This document shows positions 18,852 to 28,472 of a stretch of DNA of 63,355 nt, in pieces. A program made the position numbers and the translations under genes. The stretch is from Candidatus Methanofastidiosum methylothiophilum (GTDB lineage Archaea; Methanobacteriota_B; Thermococci; Methanofastidiosales; Methanofastidiosaceae). The stretch is taken from assembly GCA_001587575.1 (NCBI GenBank), contig LNJC01000004.1:1-63355 (forward strand), given 5' to 3'. Numbering within the stretch: the first letter of the stretch is position 1; each line of letters starts with the position of its first letter. Below the pieces are notes generated by a model that was not told where the DNA came from, ran no database searches, and was given only the letters and a program-made list of their open reading frames with translations.

Positions 18852-20337
18852 TTTAGTTCTAATAGGAATTTTTTTAATGAGTGTTTTAGCGCCAAGCGCT
18901 TATGCTGCTACAGATACGGTAATTTATTCGGGATACCTTTATGATAACGAATTTATCTTTGTAGGGCCCTATGCTTTAGCACTTACAGATTATAAAGACA
19001 GGTTAGCATCATTTATGGTTCTAGAGGGAACGGCTCCTGTTGGGCCTCTGGGAGTCTACATCTCAGAAGGGGAGTCTCTTAGAGTAAATGACATTACAAT
19101 TAATCTTATAGATGTTTCAAAGGTTGGAGTTAATATAATTATTAAAGGCCCTGTCGGCTACAAGATTGGTAGAAGCCAGTATGAATTTGTTATAAAAGAA
19201 GTTAAAACAAATCCCCTGAATGTAGAGCCTGGAGACGCGTTTGACCTTGAAATATTAATCTCCAATCAAGGCTCTATGAAGGCCTATAATTTAAAAGCAA
19301 GTTTAACTGTTCCGCCTGCTGGGGCTGTAGTTCCATTTATGCCTGAGAATACTTCAGACTCCGTATATATTGGAGACCTTGAAGCCAGGACTGAGAAGAT
19401 TCTTTCATTCAAATTAAGGGCTAATGAAAAAATAACGGCAGGCAATTACCCAATGGTCCTTGTCCTTTATTTCTATGACGGGTCAACACCATTTCCAAGG
19501 CCCTACACAATCCAGTTTGGCCTTAGAGTTTCTGGGCGAACAGAAATAATGGTAGTTAATTTCTCATCTGCTCCAGAGAATATAAGGCCTGGGAACGAGA
19601 ATGTGAAGATAAAGGTAAATCTTGCAAACCAAGGCACTGAAAGTGCAAAATTTGTTAAAGCTACCCTTGACCCAAAAGAACCGTTTTCGTTGTCAAAGTC
19701 TTATGAGAGCTCATACAATGTTGGAACGCTTTCAGGTGGTCAATCTAAGGAAGCAGAGTTCTTAATAAATGTCGGTAAAGATGCGAAGAAAATGACATAC
19801 ACCGTCCCAATGACCGTTGAATACAGAGATTCTTCAAACAATCTAATAAAAGAAGAATTTGTATTGAACCTGGACATAAAGGGAAAGCCTGATCTTGAAA
19901 TTACTGAATATCGTCTTGTGCCAGAAACCGTCAGGGCTGGAGGAAGTGCAAAAATATACCTCACAATAGTAAACAAAGGAGAAGAGAAGGCAGAATCTAT
20001 AATCGTTGAAGCGATTGAAAGATCAGAGCAGCCTTTTGACTTCACTTCTAAAAATGACTATATTGGAGTCCTTGAACCTGGTCAGAAGGCAGAAGTGGTA
20101 TTAAGCACCGATGTAAAATCAATAGCAGAAGAAAAAACCTATCAATTGAATCTAAGGATTAGAGCTGTTGGAGACAAAGAAAAACAGGACCTAAACGTAT
20201 ATCTCTTCCAGAGAAACATAGATATTCCCGTGCAAAAGACCTCGAGTAATCTAGTACTTGGGTTGATAATAGGTATTATAGTAGTATTGTTGATAGGAGG
20301 ATACTTCGTATACAACAATTATATAAAGAAAAAATAA
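18838..20337 (+). CDS. secreted multi-CARDB (COG1361 'S-layer domain'-type) protein with C-terminal TM anchor
   Basis: Signal peptide ...APSAYA. Repeated beta-sandwich units with N.G...A motifs (ISNQGSMKAYNL, LANQGTESAKFV, IVNKGEEKAESI). C-terminal TM LVLGLIIGIIVVLLIGGYFVY. Overlaps the exporter gene by 14 nt. Confidence 0.7.
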   Translation: MKKISLVLIGIFLMSVLAPSAYAATDTVIYSGYLYDNEFIFVGPYALALTDYKDRLASFMVLEGTAPVGPLGVYISEGESLRVNDITINLIDVSKVGVNIIIKGPVGYKIGRSQYEFVIKEVKTNPLNVEPGDAFDLEILISNQGSMKAYNLKASLTVPPAGAVVPFMPENTSDSVYIGDLEARTEKILSFKLRANEKITAGNYPMVLVLYFYDGSTPFPRPYTIQFGLRVSGRTEIMVVNFSSAPENIRPGNENVKIKVNLANQGTESAKFVKATLDPKEPFSLSKSYESSYNVGTLSGGQSKEAEFLINVGKDAKKMTYTVPMTVEYRDSSNNLIKEEFVLNLDIKGKPDLEITEYRLVPETVRAGGSAKIYLTIVNKGEEKAESIIVEAIERSEQPFDFTSKNDYIGVLEPGQKAEVVLSTDVKSIAEEKTYQLNLRIRAVGDKEKQDLNVYLFQRNIDIPVQKTSSNLVLGLIIGIIVVLLIGGYFVYNNYIKKK

Positions 20338-20358
20338 TCAATCGATATCGGTGTAAAC

Positions 20359-22299
20359 ATGAAAAGGAGCCTAATATTACTTTCAGTTATTTTATTTTCT
20401 ACACTTTTTCCTTTTAATGTAGGCTCCTCTTCAGTCCCTGGAGATGATTTCTTTTTTGATGGGGATGCTGTTAAGGCCATGATAGTCCTTGGTGAAACGG
20501 CAACGTCTTCAGATATTATCTCTGCCTCAAAACTAGCTTTCCTTATTGCCAATAGACACACTGAAAGAATTGAAAACACTATTTTTGAAGAGTACAAGGT
20601 TTCTTTAAAGAATCTAAATGCAGGGGATATAATAAGGATCGACCCCGCAAATACTTCTGTCAATTCTGTTAAAGTGGCCGATGGTCTGAAGTCACTTTGG
20701 TGGGACGACGGTTACAAGTACTCATCAGCTCTTTATCCCTATGGTAATGGGAACAAGGTCTTCGATAATAATGAAACGCATGAAGAGATTATAATTAAAC
20801 TATCAGATATTGAAGTCCCTGATGACTATTGTCTTGATTTTAACAGATCAGATATTATTTATAGAGTAACAAACATATATACTCCGTTTAAAAGGAAAGT
20901 TTTTGCAGGATGTAGTGGCCCTCTTTATGATATACCCTATAATTCCTATAAAATTAGATTGTTTGAAAGAGATTACCCAATTATAGATAACGGAGTATAT
21001 CGCTCTAAAGATCAGAATATTTCATATTTCATTTATGGAATCCCTATTTATTCCCCTGATACTATATTCAAAGTCGGGGATACACGAGTGTTTGGCTGGT
21101 ATACGGTAACACTCCTCGATATCCACAGCCCAACAACTGAGGAAACCTCTAAGGAGGACAAGTTTAAGGTAAAAAGCGGAGGAAGCTTTTCAGGCGAGTA
21201 TAAAGTTTACTTGAGAGTTTCTGATTTCACAGGTAAAAGCAATGACTTCTTAATGGTAATGGATGCTAATAGCTCAAGGTGCTGTACGTGTGTTTCACTG
21301 TGTGATCCAAAAGGAGGCTACGGTTCTTTTACAACTGCACCAACAAGACGATATGAAAATGATCCATACTTCATATTTGAGCGCGGAACAAGAGTCATCG
21401 ATGGCATTGAACAGACTATCTGGGCAGTGCCTGTTTTCTATATAGATGGGATAAAAGTGTTTGAGGGGGCTGACAAAAGTCTCCTTGCAGAGTTTGATAT
21501 ATTCTCTCTAAAGGATTACGGTGCTATTGAAGAGACTTCCTGCTGTATGCCATTTGTTACCTACCCAAATGACTATAATCTTACAATATCAAATCTTTGG
21601 GAGGATGTTATTGCTTTAGGTGTTGACATTAACCTTGATGGAATTATTTCCCCTGAAGAGCAGCAGATCCCCGTATTTGAAACACGTGGTGAAGAGTGTA
21701 ACGCTTCTATTAAATTCCCTTTTATCTCACCTGTCTATTTAAATCCAGGAAAAGATGGAATATTTGGAACATGTGATGATTATCTTGATATTAATCCGAT
21801 TAATCCAAGATTTAAGAAATGCAACTACGATACTATTGATGTAATATTGTGTGATAAAATTGATCTTGAATGCTGTGACCCTCAAGTTGTATACGGTCCA
21901 AAGAACTATTTCAAGATAGATATACTTGACTCAAACTACATGCAAAAAGATGGGGATGGTATCGATCTTGAGATTAGTCAGAAAAAGTCAAAACTATATT
22001 TGTTCTATGATTCAACGATTAAGATTGAACCTGCTTCTCTCATAAAAAGGGATATAGACGTTACCGGTGAAGACAAAGCAAAGAAGAATCTGATTTTGAT
22101 AGGTAATGAAAACAATAACAAAATAATAAACGATTTGTATGAATTAGGAGTATCAAAAGTTGTGTGGTCACGATCATTTGGACAGTGGGAGTACTTAAGA
22201 AACGTCTTCTATGAGAACAACGTTTTAATTGTTGGCGGGAGAAATGGCGATGCCACAAATAACGCTTTAGAAGACCTTATGAAGTTACTGTTTGTTTGA
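20359..22299 (+). CDS. secreted Cys-rich protein, possibly S-layer-type
   Basis: Signal peptide, 646 aa. N-terminal AMIVLGETATSSDIISASKLAFLIAN and C-terminal LILIGNENNNKIINDL / VLIVGGRNGDATNNALEDL resemble archaeal S-layer protein ends. Several CC or close Cys pairs (SSRCCTCVSLC, SCCMPF, LECCDP). No C-terminal TM. Confidence 0.45.
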   Translation: MKRSLILLSVILFSTLFPFNVGSSSVPGDDFFFDGDAVKAMIVLGETATSSDIISASKLAFLIANRHTERIENTIFEEYKVSLKNLNAGDIIRIDPANTSVNSVKVADGLKSLWWDDGYKYSSALYPYGNGNKVFDNNETHEEIIIKLSDIEVPDDYCLDFNRSDIIYRVTNIYTPFKRKVFAGCSGPLYDIPYNSYKIRLFERDYPIIDNGVYRSKDQNISYFIYGIPIYSPDTIFKVGDTRVFGWYTVTLLDIHSPTTEETSKEDKFKVKSGGSFSGEYKVYLRVSDFTGKSNDFLMVMDANSSRCCTCVSLCDPKGGYGSFTTAPTRRYENDPYFIFERGTRVIDGIEQTIWAVPVFYIDGIKVFEGADKSLLAEFDIFSLKDYGAIEETSCCMPFVTYPNDYNLTISNLWEDVIALGVDINLDGIISPEEQQIPVFETRGEECNASIKFPFISPVYLNPGKDGIFGTCDDYLDINPINPRFKKCNYDTIDVILCDKIDLECCDPQVVYGPKNYFKIDILDSNYMQKDGDGIDLEISQKKSKLYLFYDSTIKIEPASLIKRDIDVTGEDKAKKNLILIGNENNNKIINDLYELGVSKVVWSRSFGQWEYLRNVFYENNVLIVGGRNGDATNNALEDLMKLLFV

Positions 22300-25059
22300 T
22301 TGCCAGAACATCTTCGTCCTTGCATACACCCTTTCAGCAGAAAGGATGTCTTTGAAAAGATCTTCTTCATCTTTTCTATCTTTTGCCAGTATCCTCTTTG
22401 CAGTTCTAGGGCCAATCCCAATACCTGCCAAAACAATTATTGCTTTTTTGCCGTAGGGAAGTACCAAATCTGCAGAATCCTTTATTTCCTTTAGAGTCTT
22501 TTTTTGTTCTTCTTCAATCTTCCCTTTTTCACCTTTACGGACTATATCCAAATCTTCTCTTCTCCTCAAAATCCCAAGGTATCTAGCCCCGCATTGAGGG
22601 CATTTTGGATTTTCATCGAAATTATTTACAGAAAGAGTTGTTTTCCAGTTCTTGCAGTGCAGGCATGCTACGGTGACTCTTTTCTCCATTAATCTTTTTT
22701 TCAGGTATTTGATAATCTCCTTGTCGGGCCTTTTTGGATAAAGAAGCTCAAATGAAGATCCTTCTAAAAGGTATCGTGTAAATGTGGACGGCTCATTATT
22801 TTTATTAATTTTAATTTTAATTTTCCCTTCTTTCAAATTTCTTATAAATTCCTTAACAGGATCTATCTCAAGTTTGTCGTGATAAAGTTCATTCAATGTT
22901 TCTTCGTATAGTGGAGAATTCCTATATAATTTTAATATGTTCCTCATTAGATATTTCTCAGAATTTGCCCTTACAACGCCAAATCTTTTGGCTATCTGTA
23001 TCATTTTCCATTCAAATAGGGGGGTATTTTTCAAAACTATGTCTAGAATAGGGATAACGTGGTCTTCGTTTAGTTCGAGAAGGGTATTTTTTACTACTAA
23101 TCCTCCATCTTTTACCCCTTGAGGAAATTTAATCATTATGTGATAAGGGTCAGTTCTCATGCCTATTGATTCTCCAAACCTCTGAGCTAGAAGAGATGTG
23201 ATTACCCTACCAAGAGTATCATTTGCTTTAGAGCCGTTAAATATGTGGATTATTACAAATTCGCCTATGTCTTCAATTACTAGCGAGTCTTTGGAATAGG
23301 AAAAATATTTTGACTGTTCATCAAACAATTCATATAGAATTTCCTTTGTGTCTTTTGTCAGGGGCAGTTCTTCTACCTTTGACCTATCATGGAAAAGCTC
23401 AAAGACCTCCCTTGAAACGAATAGTGGAACCGGTATTAGTTCTCCTTCCCAAGATGGGATTGCCCCGACAGATCTAGTTTCAGTCACTTCAATTTTTTCC
23501 TCTTCAATGTTCAGTACCTTCCAGGTCCTGCCACGAACAATAAAGTTTCCTCCAACTTCAATATTTGAAACAATGAAGTTCTCATCTAAGACCCCAAGGG
23601 ATGAGCCTGTGCCAACTTCAACTACCCTATACTGTTTTGTATCCGGGATCATTGATAGATTTTCATAGTAGTAAAAAAATCCTTGTTTTGATCTTTTGTA
23701 AGTTATTCCGTTATTTATCCAGATAAGTTTTATACTTTCAAGGAAATATAACACCTTCCAAAATTCTTCATAGCTCATATTTCTGTAGGGATAGGATTTC
23801 TTAAAGAGGGTATACGCCTCTTCAATTGAAACTTCATTGCTTTCCATTGAAAGGCCTATTATCTGATGAGATAAGACATCAAGAGATTTTTCAGGTATTA
23901 GCGACCTTTCGATTCTATAGTTTAATGCGCTTTTAGCAATTACAGCAGACTCACATATCTCTTCATCACTTGTGAGTATTACCCCCTTTGAAACAAGATA
24001 TGTCTTGTGGCCAGCACGGCCAACTCTCTGCAAGAGTTTTGACACTTGTCTTGGGCTGCCATACTGGATTACTAAATCGACTGCGCCGACGTCTATTCCA
24101 AGTTCCATGCTTGAAGTGCACACTATGCCTTTTATTTCTCCATTTTTAAACCTAGTTTCAACGTCAATCCTAGTTTCTTTTGAAAGAGATGAGTGGTGGA
24201 CATCAATAAAATTCATTTCCATAAGATTAAATCTTGATGAAAGAGTTTCTGCCATCTGCCTAGTGTTCACAAACAGAAGGACACTTTTGTGGCTATCAAT
24301 TAGCTCCTTTATCCGTCTAATAGAAGAAGCAACATAAGGGGATATTTTTAGATTTTCTGCAGTCATTATATCTTCTTCAAAAATTTTGGGAGTCTCAACT
24401 TCGATGTCAAACTCTTTTTTTATTTGAGATTGGATTATCTTGACTTCTCTTCCTTCCCCAACTAAAAATTTCCCAACTTCTTCTTTAGAGCCGACTGTGG
24501 CGGAAAGCCCAATCCTTTGGATTCTGCCATTTTTTAATCTTTCAAGCCTTTCAAGAGCTAAACTTAATTGAACGCCTCTCTTATCCTCAGCAATCTCATG
24601 TATTTCGTCAACTACTACGGCCAGAACAGATTTCAGATGCTCTCTAAGCTTCTTCCCAGTAAAGAGGGCTTGGAGAGTTTCAGGCGTAGTAATCAAAATA
24701 TCTGGAGGCTTGAGGCTTTGTCTTCTTCTTTCACTCTGGACTGTATCCCCATGCCTTGCTTTGATTGTAATATCCATTGCCGCCCCTATTTTTTCAAGTC
24801 TTTGAAGTAGATCTCGATTGAGTGCTCTAAGTGGAGCGATATAGAGAATTTTAATTCCCGGACCATTATTGTCTTTTACAAGCTTTAATAGAGGGAGTAT
24901 TGCGGCTTCTGTCTTTCCCGAGCCTGTGGGGGCCATCAACAATACATTATTTCTTTTGAGTATTTCAGGAATTGAGCTTTTCTGGATATCTGTAGGTGAA
25001 GTAATATTGAATTCATTCAAAACATTGACAATCTCATCTCCCAGAAGCTCAAAACTCAT
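22285..25059 (-). CDS. lhr: Lhr-family ATP-dependent DNA helicase
   Basis: SF2 motifs APTGSGKTEAA, DEIH, SAT, HHSSLS, QRVGRAGH. Long C-terminal region with a Zn ribbon CLHCKN...CPQCG and an HhH-like GIGIGPRTAKRIL. 924 aa. Confidence 0.9.
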   Translation of the reverse strand: MSFELLGDEIVNVLNEFNITSPTDIQKSSIPEILKRNNVLLMAPTGSGKTEAAILPLLKLVKDNNGPGIKILYIAPLRALNRDLLQRLEKIGAAMDITIKARHGDTVQSERRRQSLKPPDILITTPETLQALFTGKKLREHLKSVLAVVVDEIHEIAEDKRGVQLSLALERLERLKNGRIQRIGLSATVGSKEEVGKFLVGEGREVKIIQSQIKKEFDIEVETPKIFEEDIMTAENLKISPYVASSIRRIKELIDSHKSVLLFVNTRQMAETLSSRFNLMEMNFIDVHHSSLSKETRIDVETRFKNGEIKGIVCTSSMELGIDVGAVDLVIQYGSPRQVSKLLQRVGRAGHKTYLVSKGVILTSDEEICESAVIAKSALNYRIERSLIPEKSLDVLSHQIIGLSMESNEVSIEEAYTLFKKSYPYRNMSYEEFWKVLYFLESIKLIWINNGITYKRSKQGFFYYYENLSMIPDTKQYRVVEVGTGSSLGVLDENFIVSNIEVGGNFIVRGRTWKVLNIEEEKIEVTETRSVGAIPSWEGELIPVPLFVSREVFELFHDRSKVEELPLTKDTKEILYELFDEQSKYFSYSKDSLVIEDIGEFVIIHIFNGSKANDTLGRVITSLLAQRFGESIGMRTDPYHIMIKFPQGVKDGGLVVKNTLLELNEDHVIPILDIVLKNTPLFEWKMIQIAKRFGVVRANSEKYLMRNILKLYRNSPLYEETLNELYHDKLEIDPVKEFIRNLKEGKIKIKINKNNEPSTFTRYLLEGSSFELLYPKRPDKEIIKYLKKRLMEKRVTVACLHCKNWKTTLSVNNFDENPKCPQCGARYLGILRRREDLDIVRKGEKGKIEEEQKKTLKEIKDSADLVLPYGKKAIIVLAGIGIGPRTAKRILAKDRKDEEDLFKDILSAERVYARTKMFWQSNKQ

Positions 25060-25119
25060 GACCGCACCTATTAAGAACTTACCAAAGTATTTTTAAATTT
25101 AATTTATTGAGTTTAAATT

Positions 25120-25794
25120 ATGGACCTATATCCGGTAATAAACAAGCCTGCCATAATCATTGAATCAGAGAAGAGATACCTTGTTATCGCAGATTTACAC
25201 CTTGGCAAAGAGTATGAATATTACAAAAAGGGAATAAAAGTTCCGGATATCGGGCAAAAAATGAAATCAGATATCCTAAAAATCATTAAAAGGAAGGATA
25301 TAGAGGAGCTTATACTATTGGGCGATATTAAACATAATCTTCCCTTTACATCATATTTTGAGAAACTTAACCTGCCTAAATTCCTAGAGTTTGACATCCC
25401 AGTTAAATTGATCAAGGGCAACCATGACGGGAACATAGAAGAAATAGTAAATAACGAGACCATGAAGTCATTTCGAATAGAAGACCATGTTTTAACTCAT
25501 GGTCACATCCTCATAGAAGGAACTAATTTGATTATGGGCCACGTTCACCCAGTAGTTGAATTTATGGATTCAAATGGGAAGATAACTAGATTGAAATGCT
25601 TCCTTAGAATGGAAGGCCAACAAAATGTAATCGTCTTACCCTCGTTTAATCCAGTTATTGAAGGTATACCAATAAACAGAGATGAAGAAATACCAGGCCC
25701 TTATTTTGAGAGTGGCAGATTAGAAATAAAAGAGTTTGACTGTTACCTGCTTGACGGGACATATATGGGCAAGGTAAAGGATATTTATCGCTGA
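25120..25794 (+). CDS. metallophosphoesterase (calcineurin-like, COG1407/MPE type)
   Basis: Binuclear-metal motifs DLHLG, GDIKHN, GNHD, GH..., GHVH. 224 aa. Divergent from lhr with a 60-nt spacer. Confidence 0.8.
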   Translation: MDLYPVINKPAIIIESEKRYLVIADLHLGKEYEYYKKGIKVPDIGQKMKSDILKIIKRKDIEELILLGDIKHNLPFTSYFEKLNLPKFLEFDIPVKLIKGNHDGNIEEIVNNETMKSFRIEDHVLTHGHILIEGTNLIMGHVHPVVEFMDSNGKITRLKCFLRMEGQQNVIVLPSFNPVIEGIPINRDEEIPGPYFESGRLEIKEFDCYLLDGTYMGKVKDIYR

Positions 25795-27590
25795 ATTTTT
25801 CCGCAGTCTTCATCTATGGCTTTAATTGCATCTTCAATTAACATACCTTCGTTATGGTCAATATATTCTTCAATCCGTTTTAATAAGAACTCTTCTTCAA
25901 TTTTTTCAGACATGCTTGATTCTAAATCTATCTTTATTACTCCAATTACCTTTTCAGCTGTTTCGCCAAGTTCCTTAGATACTTCAAAGCACTCACGGAT
26001 TATATATTTGCAAAGGACATCGCAGCTCTTTTCTATATAGAGTTTGCTGTGATAGATGTTGTTTATCACGTCAATTAGTTTTGCATATTTATCAAGCCTA
26101 TTAATATAATACTTCTTTGTTTTTATTACAATGTTTTTTATCATTGCCCCTGATATAGTCTCTTTTATTGGGACATTGATTAATCCAAGTTTTTCTATAT
26201 TGCAGATCCTGTTCTTTTCGTAAAGCTCATTTAATATAGTCTCCTTCATAGCTTCAGAGAAGTTTTTGACAGAGCCATACTTTTCTATTTCGGATACGTG
26301 CGGGATTAGGTTTTCAGGTTTTAGATATATGTTCAAAATCTTTTCTCCTGCTTCTCTTGTATCGGGCCTTCCGATTCTTATATGCTTGTCAATTCTTCCA
26401 GGCCTTAAAATTGCAGGATCAATTATATCAGGCCTGTTTGTAGCTATGATAACAATTACATCACCCATCTCTTCAAGCCCGTCAAGAAGCTGTAAAAATT
26501 TATTCACTATTGGATTTTCAAGCCTTGCAGCTTCTGAGCCAGATTCTCTTTCAGGAACAAGGCTATCAAACTCATCAAAAAATAGAACAGAAGGAGCCTT
26601 CTCTTCAGCATATTTAAATAATTCCTCGATGTTTTGCTGTGTTTCACCGAACCATTTGCTCCTAAGCTCTTTGTCAACATTAATAAAATTCCTGGAAGAA
26701 ATAGATGCCGCGTAACGTGCAATTAGTGTCTTTCCACACCCAGGCGGACCATAAAGCATGATACCTTTTGTCCTCTCAATTTTTAATTTTTGGACCTTTT
26801 CTTTGATGAAGTCGTAACTGAGTGCTGAGCCAACGGCTTGGTCGATTTCTAAAATAGCCTCGTCGAGGCCACCTATATCATCTCTTTTCACTTTTGGCCT
26901 CTTTTCAAGGAGAAGGTCGTCACCGTATTTTACATTTGGTTTTATATCAAGTATTTCCCAATCCTTTGAATTACCAAATAATGTTACCATCGCGCCTGCT
27001 TTTAGGTACTCATTTTTAGAATCAACGAAGTCCCCAATATCTAGCATCATCTCATGATAAGTATCAAATCTTACAGTTGCATATCTCCCTTCAATCTTAA
27101 TTATCTCTCCAAGGGTAGTATCGACTTTACCGGGATGCCTTTCAAGGATTACAAATCTTCCCCCTTCCTTAGCCTCAATGAACTTGTACCTTATCTTGTC
27201 CCCTTTGTTGATTTCAATATCATCAATCATGTAAGCTATAATTCTATAATTAACATAATCAAAAATCTCATGCATGCCCTCTTTATCAAGAGGTCTTACA
27301 TATATCCCAATCATGAAAGGAGGTTCGTTTAACTCCCTTATCCTCTGTTCAAGCCTATTTATCCGTCCTTCGAGGAAGACCTTAATTTCATTTTTTAGCA
27401 TCCCTCGCTCGTGCTGAATCTGATTTACTACTTCTTGAGCGGAATCTATAAGTTTTTTAATCTCCTCTTTTTCTAGTTCTTTTTGAGAAAATCCTTTTTC
27501 TTTCAAAACTTCGACAAGGTCGAAATAATCGTACTCTTGTCTTAGATATGCTCTAATCTCTTCTGTTTTCTTTAAATCAGGGGATTCCAC
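25785..27590 (-). CDS. single-module AAA+ ATPase with coiled-coil plus beta-rich N-domain; ARC/Mpa-like rather than PAN-like
   Basis: N-terminal coiled coil ([16 protein letters not shown]). About 150 aa of beta-rich region. Walker A GPPGCGKT and Walker B [36 protein letters not shown], later [15 protein letters not shown]. 601 aa, ends ...DCGKIQR with no HbYX. Confidence 0.75.
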   Translation of the reverse strand: [601 protein letters not shown]

Positions 27591-27648
27591 AGTAAAAATA
27601 AGAACTTATCTTTTAAAAGTCTTTTGAAAATCAACAATGTTAGGTTAC

Positions 27649-28440
27649 TTAAAGAAAAGGCATGGTTCCATAACCAAGTAATCTGATATAAATTCCAATT
27701 CCTAAAATCAAAACAAAAATTATCATTGTAACATAATCCCTTTTTTTAAGAGATATCTCTCTCAAAAATGTCCGCTCCCCGTATCCAAATCCTCTTGATT
27801 CAATTGCTATTGCAAGCTCTTCTGCCATCCTAATTGAGCCAATGATCAATGGAGTTATTATCGGGATATAGTTCCTTATTCTTTTGAATATTGGGCCCTT
27901 GTCAAGTTCAAGCCCCCTGGACCTCTGCGCATCCATTATAGTGTATGTAATACCGGCCAACGTGGGGACATATCTTAAGGATATGGCCAAGGTAAGACAG
28001 TATTCATAGGGAACTTTGAATTTCATGAGGCCAAGAACAAGGTCTCGCTGTAGTGTTGTCATTAGCAAGAGGAAAGTTGCCGTAATGATTGCAAATATTC
28101 TAAAGGTCATTGCAAGGCCCATTCTTATTCCATCCTCGCTAATTCTTATTCTCCAATACTCAAAAATTATATTGCCTGTTGGCTGAAAAAATGGCCATAA
28201 TAATAAGGACATGAATACAAGAGGCAAGATGGGTCTGATGTATGTTACAAGTCTTCTAATTTTGATTTTGCATAGAAATCTTATCATCAATAAAACAAAT
28301 AATGCAATTGTACCAAGGTAAAGAGGGTCCCTATAAAGAAGTGCAAGCCCAAAGATTGAGGAAACGATTACAATCTTTGTTCTTGGGTCAAGGCTATGAA
28401 AAAATGAAGTTCCCTTGACATACATCGAATACTTAATCAT
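27649..28440 (-). CDS. ecfT: ECF-transporter transmembrane (T) component, CbiQ/EcfT family
   Basis: 263 aa polytopic protein with the conserved cytoplasmic helices AQRSRGLE and IESRGFG. Confidence 0.75.
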   Translation of the reverse strand: MIKYSMYVKGTSFFHSLDPRTKIVIVSSIFGLALLYRDPLYLGTIALFVLLMIRFLCKIKIRRLVTYIRPILPLVFMSLLLWPFFQPTGNIIFEYWRIRISEDGIRMGLAMTFRIFAIITATFLLLMTTLQRDLVLGLMKFKVPYEYCLTLAISLRYVPTLAGITYTIMDAQRSRGLELDKGPIFKRIRNYIPIITPLIIGSIRMAEELAIAIESRGFGYGERTFLREISLKKRDYVTMIIFVLILGIGIYIRLLGYGTMPFL

Positions 28441-28472
28441 AATAAAGAAATAAAATAGTTAGATTTAAACTT

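Noticed and set aside
27649-28440. Lone ECF T-component without adjacent A (ATPase) or S components, considered as an oddity.
   Set aside because: Dispersed ECF modules are common. The ATPase and S genes may lie elsewhere in the genome, and nothing in the window suggests an unusual function.
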